Source: Candidatus Electronema aureum (lineage in GTDB: Bacteria > Desulfobacterota > Desulfobulbia > Desulfobulbales > Desulfobulbaceae). Taken from it: a stretch of 5,923 bases of DNA. The stretch is from the NCBI GenBank assembly GCA_004284765.1, contig NQJD01000070.1, positions 1-5,923 on the forward strand, read 5' to 3'. Positions 1 through 4,267 of the stretch are shown one piece after another. The notes beneath the pieces were generated by a model. That model saw only the letters and a list, made by a program, of their open reading frames with translations, made no database searches and was not told where the DNA came from. The position numbers and the translations under genes were made by a program. Within the stretch, counting starts at the first letter, position 1. Each line of letters begins with the position of its first letter.

Positions 1-309
1 TCCCAAGATCCTTCATTCTTGCATAAACAGACTGATGCTTGACAGAAAAGAACATCGCTCTTTCCTCAAGAGTCGCTGAAGGATTTTTCAGAACATGCTC
101 AAGAAGAGCCTCGTCGCTGAATTTTTTCGCACGATATTTTGTCCTTTTATAAGGCTCAACACTTCCTGTCTCCTTGTATTTTCTTGTCCATCTGTTCAGA
201 TGGTATCCAAACTTATAATAAAAATATCAAGAATTTCTTTTTTAGATATCCCTGATTCATAATTTTTGATCACCCTTTCTCTCAAGTCGTTGCTGTATGC
301 TTTAGCCAT
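1..309 (-). pseudogene. IS630-family transposase, N-terminal HTH portion; frameshifted and truncated by the left window edge
   Basis: Minus-strand ATG at 309..307 reads MAKAYSNDLRERVIKNYESGISKKEILDIFIISLDTI, then TGA at 196..198. Shifting -1 (CTG at 199..197) continues LNRWTRKYKETGSVEPYKRTKYRAKKFSDEALLEHVLKNPSATLEERAMFFSVKHQSVYARMKDLG down to position 1. The joined sequence has the paired-HTH layout I recognise from IS630/Tc1-mariner-type transposase N-termini. It is missing from the ORF track because it is split and partial. Confidence 0.7.
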
Positions 310-400
310 TCTAGATAATAAATTAATTTTAATTGGTTAAATCAAAAAATAGCCTCTCAGCCCATAAATTATAACACAACTGATTTAAAACTTAAATACT
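1..400 (-). mobile_element. IS630-like insertion sequence, partial (one end plus about 90-nt leader plus 5' part of tnp); inserted into the IS701/IS4-like transposase gene
   Basis: Transposase homology of the neighbouring gene stops abruptly at ...VDCRIY (TAT at 401-403) in a TATA context; IS630 elements target TA. From there an AT-rich (about 30% GC) stretch runs to the IS630-type ATG at 309. The exact terminus (about 398-403) and the inverted repeat cannot be fixed without the other end. Confidence 0.5.
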
Positions 401-778
401 ATAGATGCGGCAGTCTACAGGAATATGACGTTCACCGTCATTCCACAACATCGTGACAAGATTAATGCCTGACACAACCCGTTTATGCTTGCCAGACCAA
501 TGCCGAGTCACCAGCTCAATCTTGCGGCTGTAGAATTTGTCCAACGTGCTGTCGTCGATGATTAAACATCCTTTATTCAGATCAACATGCGCTTGAGCTT
601 CTGACCATAGACGTTCAGTCGTCGGAAAAAGCCGGTGGAGCTGGCGCGTATAGCCATCATGCGCAGTCCCGTTCTTTTGCTCAGGACTGACCCGCTCCGC
701 TTCGGCGCTGCTATAAACTCGCTGAGTGCCGATTAAAAAATCAATATAATCGTACTTACTTACTTTGGATTTATTCAT
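392..778 (-). CDS. IS701/IS4-like DDE transposase, N-terminal fragment (128 aa, 3'-truncated; effectively a pseudogene)
   Basis: The ORF-track protein contains YIDFLIGT...AHDGYTRQLHR...LWSEAQAHV...LIIDDSTLDKFYSRKIELVTRHWSGKHKRVVSGINLVTMLWNDGERHIPVDCRIY. This matches the N-terminal third (first catalytic D region, DDSTLDK) of a DDE transposase family recalled as common in cyanobacteria and large sulfur bacteria; recalled full-length members are several hundred aa. The last residues SI* are read from the inserted IS630-like DNA. Confidence 0.75.
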   Translation of the reverse strand: MNKSKVSKYDYIDFLIGTQRVYSSAEAERVSPEQKNGTAHDGYTRQLHRLFPTTERLWSEAQAHVDLNKGCLIIDDSTLDKFYSRKIELVTRHWSGKHKRVVSGINLVTMLWNDGERHIPVDCRIYSI

Positions 779-803
779 CCTGCTAGGTTAACTGATTTTT
801 ACC

Positions 804-849
804 AACTGCGTAACTCCTATCTGAGATACAATATAGGAGTTACGCAGTT
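804..849. repeat. Perfect 17-bp inverted repeat (hairpin): AACTGCGTAACTCCTAT (804-820) / ATAGGAGTTACGCAGTT (833-849), 12-nt loop
   Basis: Read directly from the sequence: the arms are exact reverse complements with no mismatch. Located 26 nt upstream of the IS701/IS4-like tnp start (778) and about 140 nt downstream of the recD2 stop. Confidence 0.95.
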
Positions 850-933
850 CAATTTATAACTCGTTGATTTTATTTAACTGGCAGTTTATGCAGCAAAAAA
901 AACAACTTGCTGTAATAATTCAATTTCATGTTT

Positions 934-950
934 CAACTGCGTAACTCCTA
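934..950 (+). repeat. Third copy of the 17-nt motif CAACTGCGTAACTCCTA (identical to 803-819)
   Basis: Exact 17/17 match to 803-819 in direct orientation. It is inverted relative to the core of 833-849, so it also forms a long-range inverted repeat around 850-933. Confidence 0.95.
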
Positions 951-990
951 ACAATATATCTTTTTGAGAGAAAGATTCAAGCGTGATCAC

Positions 991-3468
991 TCATTCCCCG
1001 CCCACCAACTCCCTTAACGCCGTCTGTCTCAACCCAGTGTCCTTATTCCCCACCGCCATCGTCAACGCCTTCCTCGTGCCGACGAACACCGCTAGCTTCC
1101 GCGCCCGTGTCAGGCCGGTGTAGATCAGATTGCGGAAAAGCATCCGAAAATGCTGGGTCAGCACCGGCAGGATCACCGCCTCAAACTCAGAACCCTGCGA
1201 TTTGTGGATGGTGATCGCATACGCCAAATCCAGCTCCGTGAGCTGCTCGCGCTGATATTCCACCTCGCGTTGATCAGGAGAAAAGCAGACTCGCAGCGTC
1301 ATGTTCGCATTGTCCACGCCTGTGATCCTGCCGATGTCGCCGTTGAACACGCCGAGGTCGTAGTTGTTGCGCAGGTGAATCACCCGGTCGCCGACCCGGA
1401 AAAGCCGCTCGCCGAGCCGGATTTCCGCCTTTCCTTCCTGCGCCGGATTCACCGCCTCTTGCAGCATCTTGTTCAATGAACCCGTGCCGAGGCTGCCCCG
1501 GTTCATCGGCGAAAGCACTTGAATCTCGCAGCCCGCGCCGTAGTATTTGGGAATCCACTCCGTGCAGAGCCGCCGCACTGTATCCGCAGCGGTCATGCCG
1601 TAATACAGCGACGACCAAGGATGCACCTTTTTGGCCACCGCAGTCAGCTCTTCCGCTGGCCCTTCGGCGACCGTCAGCGTGTGCAAGTCCACATGCTGGA
1701 ACTGCTCCGGCAGGGCAAAACGTTGGTAGGAGCTGCTGAGTGCGTCGGTTTCAAAGCTGAACGGGTCTTCCGCTCCGGCCTGCTCGCGCTCCTCCACGGT
1801 CTTAAAATGTTGCCTGACCTTGCCGATGAAATGAAGCTGCTCCTGCGTGGCCTCGTCTGAATCAAGGAACAGGCAGTCACTCTGCTTCCATAAATCCGGC
1901 TGCTTGAAGGGCGAGCCGATTCTCGGCGTTTCGCCGTGGTTGATCTGATGGGCAAAGGTGATGATGCGCGACTGGCTCGCTTGGCGGAAGACGGTGTTCA
2001 AGGTGCAGACTGGAATGTGCCCGGAGCCGATTAAATCACGGAGGACATTACCTGCACCCACAGAAGGTAGCTGGTCTGCATCGCCGATGAAAACCACCTC
2101 TGTCTCATCAGCCACCGCTTTGAGCAGCGAAGCGGTCAGGCTGATGTCGAGCATCGAGCATTCATCGACAATAAGGACATCGGTGCGCAGTGGGTTCTCT
2201 TGGTTGCGCTTGAAGCCGCCGCCCTGCCATTCCAGCAGGCGGTGGATGGTCTTGGCCTCCAAGCCGATCACCTCGCTCATGCGCTGGGCGGCCCGGCCCG
2301 TGGGCGCAGCCAGCAGTACCGAGCGGCCCATTGCCCGCAGCAGAGCGACCAATACCCGTGTGGTGGTAGTCTTGCCGCAGCCTGGCCCGCCAGTAAGAAT
2401 AGCGAACTGGCAGCAGGCGATAGTCTGCACCGCCGCCGCCTGCTCCTCACTGAGCTGGATGCCGCTTTTGCCACCGAAGCGGCGCAGCCAGTCAGCAATC
2501 CGCTCCGCATCATGCAGCAGAGGCCGCACCATCTGACGCAGCCGCTCGGCCACATACTGTTCATCGTAATACAGGCTTTTCGAGTAGTAGCAGCGTTCCG
2601 GCTCGCGGCCTTTGCGGGTGACAAGCAGGCGGACACAGAGCTTGTCCTGCTGCTCCATCTCGTGAAGGAAGAGGGCGATGCGGTCGGCAAGGCTCAGTTG
2701 CAGCAGTTCGGAAACTTGCTTGTCGATCTGAGCCTGCGTCAGCCAGCAGTGGCCCTGCTCGCGGCTGGCATTCAGCACGTGGCGGATGGCGGCAGTGATT
2801 CGCAGCGGTGAGTCCTGACCAAAGCCAATGGACAGAGCCACCTTATCAGCCGTGAAAAAGCCGATGCCGTAGAGGTCTTCAGCCAAGCGGTAGGGATTGG
2901 CCGAGACAGCGGCGATGGACTCGTCGCCGTACTGCTTGTAGATGCGCACCGCGAAGAGAGTGGAAATGCCGTGCGTCTGAAGGAAGAGCATCACATCGCG
3001 GATGGCACGGTGCTCTGTCCAGGCCGCGCTGATCATGGCGAGCTTCTTGTCAGCAATGCCCGGCACGTCGGTCAGTCGCTCGATTCGCTCCTCAAAGACA
3101 TCCAACGTATCTTTGCCAAAATGACTGACGATTTTGTGCGCGGTCTTAGGGCCGATGCCTTTGATCAGACCAGAGCCAAGGTATTTCTCCAGTGCGCCTG
3201 CTGAGGCTGGCTTCAGCTCCGTGGCCTTGTCTGCCTTAAACTGGCGACCAAAGCGGGGATGAACAATCCACTCGCCGCTGAACTGCATAGTTGCGCCCGC
3301 AAAGACCCGGAGCTGATGCACGACCACGGTGGCCGTGCCGCCGCGTGCATCAAAAGGATTGACCCGCAATACGGCCCAGCCGTTTTCCGGGTTGTGATAG
3401 GTGATGCGCTCGACCACGCCACTAAGGGTTTCCGGCGGGAGCTGCGAGAAAGGCAGAGGAGGCAGCAC
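991..3468 (-). CDS. recD2: ATP-dependent RecD2-type (RecD/TraA family) SF1B DNA helicase, 825 aa, GTG start
   Basis: The full RecD2 architecture is visible. N-terminal domain VERITYHNPENGWAVLRV; helix-hairpin-helix region GSGLIKGIGPKTAHKIV and DVPGIADKK. Walker A GGPGCGKTT (2365-2391); motif Ia LLAAPTGRAAQRM; Walker B LIVDECSMLD (2146-2175); motif III FIGDADQLPSVGAGNVLRDL. SH3-like FRVGDRVIHLRNNYDLGVFNGDIG; C-terminal YAITIHKSQGSEF and IYTGLTRARK. Strong GC3 bias. The start is GTG at 3468, with an in-frame TGA at 3472-3474 just upstream and no ATG before aa 61. Confidence 0.92.
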   Translation of the reverse strand: MLPPLPFSQLPPETLSGVVERITYHNPENGWAVLRVNPFDARGGTATVVVHQLRVFAGATMQFSGEWIVHPRFGRQFKADKATELKPASAGALEKYLGSGLIKGIGPKTAHKIVSHFGKDTLDVFEERIERLTDVPGIADKKLAMISAAWTEHRAIRDVMLFLQTHGISTLFAVRIYKQYGDESIAAVSANPYRLAEDLYGIGFFTADKVALSIGFGQDSPLRITAAIRHVLNASREQGHCWLTQAQIDKQVSELLQLSLADRIALFLHEMEQQDKLCVRLLVTRKGREPERCYYSKSLYYDEQYVAERLRQMVRPLLHDAERIADWLRRFGGKSGIQLSEEQAAAVQTIACCQFAILTGGPGCGKTTTTRVLVALLRAMGRSVLLAAPTGRAAQRMSEVIGLEAKTIHRLLEWQGGGFKRNQENPLRTDVLIVDECSMLDISLTASLLKAVADETEVVFIGDADQLPSVGAGNVLRDLIGSGHIPVCTLNTVFRQASQSRIITFAHQINHGETPRIGSPFKQPDLWKQSDCLFLDSDEATQEQLHFIGKVRQHFKTVEEREQAGAEDPFSFETDALSSSYQRFALPEQFQHVDLHTLTVAEGPAEELTAVAKKVHPWSSLYYGMTAADTVRRLCTEWIPKYYGAGCEIQVLSPMNRGSLGTGSLNKMLQEAVNPAQEGKAEIRLGERLFRVGDRVIHLRNNYDLGVFNGDIGRITGVDNANMTLRVCFSPDQREVEYQREQLTELDLAYAITIHKSQGSEFEAVILPVLTQHFRMLFRNLIYTGLTRARKLAVFVGTRKALTMAVGNKDTGLRQTALRELVGGE

Positions 3469-3471
3469 TGG

Positions 3472-3675
3472 TCAGTAGTCGGCTTGGCAGAACTGTCGGT
3501 GCAGGAACTCACACTCCAGCGGCGTGAGGTCAAAGCGTAGCTCGGCTTCGGCGATCACCTCGGCCGGCTGTCTGTCCGGGTGCTGCTGCATGGTTTCGCC
3601 AATCCAAGCGATGGCCTTTTGTAGGCTGGTGGAGGTGGTGAGGAGGTTGGTTGAAGGCATGGTATTATGGCACAT
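3472..3675 (-). CDS. Hypothetical small protein (67 aa), no family recognised; translationally coupled to recD2
   Basis: ATG at 3675 is preceded by GAGGCGGG (the SD overlaps the brnA stop). Codon third positions are strongly G/C, as in recD2, arguing for real coding. Stop TGA at 3472-3474 lies 3 nt before the recD2 GTG. The sequence ...LQKAIAWIGETMQQHPDRQPAEVIAEAELRFDLTPLECEFLHRQF looks helical; I cannot assign a domain. Confidence 0.55.
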   Translation of the reverse strand: MCHNTMPSTNLLTTSTSLQKAIAWIGETMQQHPDRQPAEVIAEAELRFDLTPLECEFLHRQFCQADY

Positions 3676-3681
3676 CCCGCC

Positions 3682-3939
3682 TCAAACTCTTTTAGGAAGC
3701 AGCGGAACCAAGCAGCGCAATGCCCTGTTCACTGATTCTGAGTCAGGGAAATAAGGGCGGAGATCAGGCTCTAAAATAATAACATCGTCTTTTCTCGGCA
3801 TGAACTCCTGTGTCTCAACTTCTCCGTTCTCCTTATGAAGAGAAACCGAATATCCTTCCTGCATCACTTTGTGATGTTTACCACGCACTCCGCCGGTGAA
3901 ATCGTATTCTGACCGCATCTCCTTTCCTGTTCTCTTCAT
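3682..3939 (-). CDS. brnA: BrnA-family (DUF4415-like) antitoxin partner of BrnT, about 85 aa
   Basis: EYDFTGGVRGKH near the N-terminus and VIILEPDLRPYFPDSESVNRALRCLV near the C-terminus match the pattern of BrnA_antitoxin-family proteins encoded just downstream of DUF497 toxins. The track ORF begins at a TTG (3972) overlapping brnT by 32 nt. I prefer the ATG at 3939, which has a GAGGG SD 8 nt upstream and sits 1 nt after the brnT stop; the ATG at 3954 is an alternative. Confidence 0.75.
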   Translation of the reverse strand: MKRTGKEMRSEYDFTGGVRGKHHKVMQEGYSVSLHKENGEVETQEFMPRKDDVIILEPDLRPYFPDSESVNRALRCLVPLLPKRV

Positions 3940-3940
3940 G

Positions 3941-4219
3941 TCAGCAGCCCTCATAGAATTGTCGTTCTGCAACTGTTGCCTTGCGGCAGCTAATGATACG
4001 GATGTTTGCGCCTAGTTCGGTATAACCAACCACCAGCACACGGCCTTTATCAGAGGTGCCAATATCAATGTATCGCTGTTCATGCGCGGAATGGTCTGGA
4101 TCGCTGAGGGTGATGGAAAGCGGATCGAGAAATACTGTCAACCCTTCGTCAAAAGCAATGCCATGCTTTTTCAGGTTCGACTGCGCTTTCTTTGCATCCC
4201 ATTCAAAATTCGGCTTCAT
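3941..4219 (-). CDS. brnT: BrnT-family (DUF497) type II toxin (ribonuclease-type), 92 aa
   Basis: MKPNFEWDAKKAQSNLKKHGIAFDEGLTVFLDP...HSAHEQRYIDIG...GRVLVVGYTELGANIRIISCRKATVAERQFY is the characteristic FEWD..KA..N..KHG..F.EA..VF.DP...E.R DUF497/BrnT signature. Toxin-first gene order matches the BrnTA paradigm. A GGTGA SD-like sequence lies 4 nt upstream of the ATG at 4219. Confidence 0.85.
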   Translation of the reverse strand: MKPNFEWDAKKAQSNLKKHGIAFDEGLTVFLDPLSITLSDPDHSAHEQRYIDIGTSDKGRVLVVGYTELGANIRIISCRKATVAERQFYEGC

Positions 4220-4267
4220 CTTTCACCATAACATATTCCTGCGGCAATCTGTAGCGGCCTGACATTC

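Noticed and set aside
188-203. Programmed -1 ribosomal frameshift in the IS630-like transposase
   Set aside because: There is no X XXY YYZ slippery heptamer at the shift point (ACC ATC TGA). A simple indel is the more economical explanation.
378-798. Shared 9-mer AACTGATTT at 378-386 and 790-798 as possible IS terminal repeats
   Set aside because: Short, AT-rich and in direct orientation, with flanks that do not extend the match. This is consistent with chance.
867-896. Sigma70-like promoter on the minus strand (TTGCTG, 18 nt spacer, TAAAAT) upstream of the hairpin and the IS701-like tnp
   Set aside because: In a roughly 30% GC spacer such hexamer pairs arise by chance. There is no independent support, so it is not reported as a feature.
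803-950. Possibility that the three 17-nt repeats are a small CRISPR array
   Set aside because: Only three copies in mixed orientation with unequal spacing (12 nt and 84 nt). The repeat is shorter than CRISPR repeats, and no cas genes are present in the window.
958-976. Small hairpin ATCTTT / AAAGAT (7-nt loop) just after the recD2 stop as a rho-independent terminator
   Set aside because: It has only six mostly A-T base pairs and a poor U-tract on the minus strand, too weak to call.
1150-3540. Many long ORFs overlapping or antisense to recD2 (e.g. 1958-2536 +, 2200-2811 +, 2277-2690 -, 1274-1618 -, 3213-3533 -, 3259-3540 +)
   Set aside because: They lie within a gene of about 60% or higher GC whose own frame shows unmistakable RecD2 motifs end to end. 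Their products are low-complexity Arg/Ala/Pro/Ser-rich, as expected for stop-poor alternative frames of GC-rich DNA.
3682-3972. Full 96-aa version of the brnA ORF starting at TTG 3972 and overlapping brnT by 32 nt
   Set aside because: The upstream 11 codons have no SD and use a weak TTG start. The ATG at 3939 has a GAGGG SD and abuts the brnT stop. The shorter model is reported, though the longer one cannot be excluded.
3524-4262. Plus-strand ORFs 3524-3754 and 4056-4262
   Set aside because: Antisense to orf67/brnA and to brnT respectively, both of which have better support (family motifs, SD sequences, coupled junctions).
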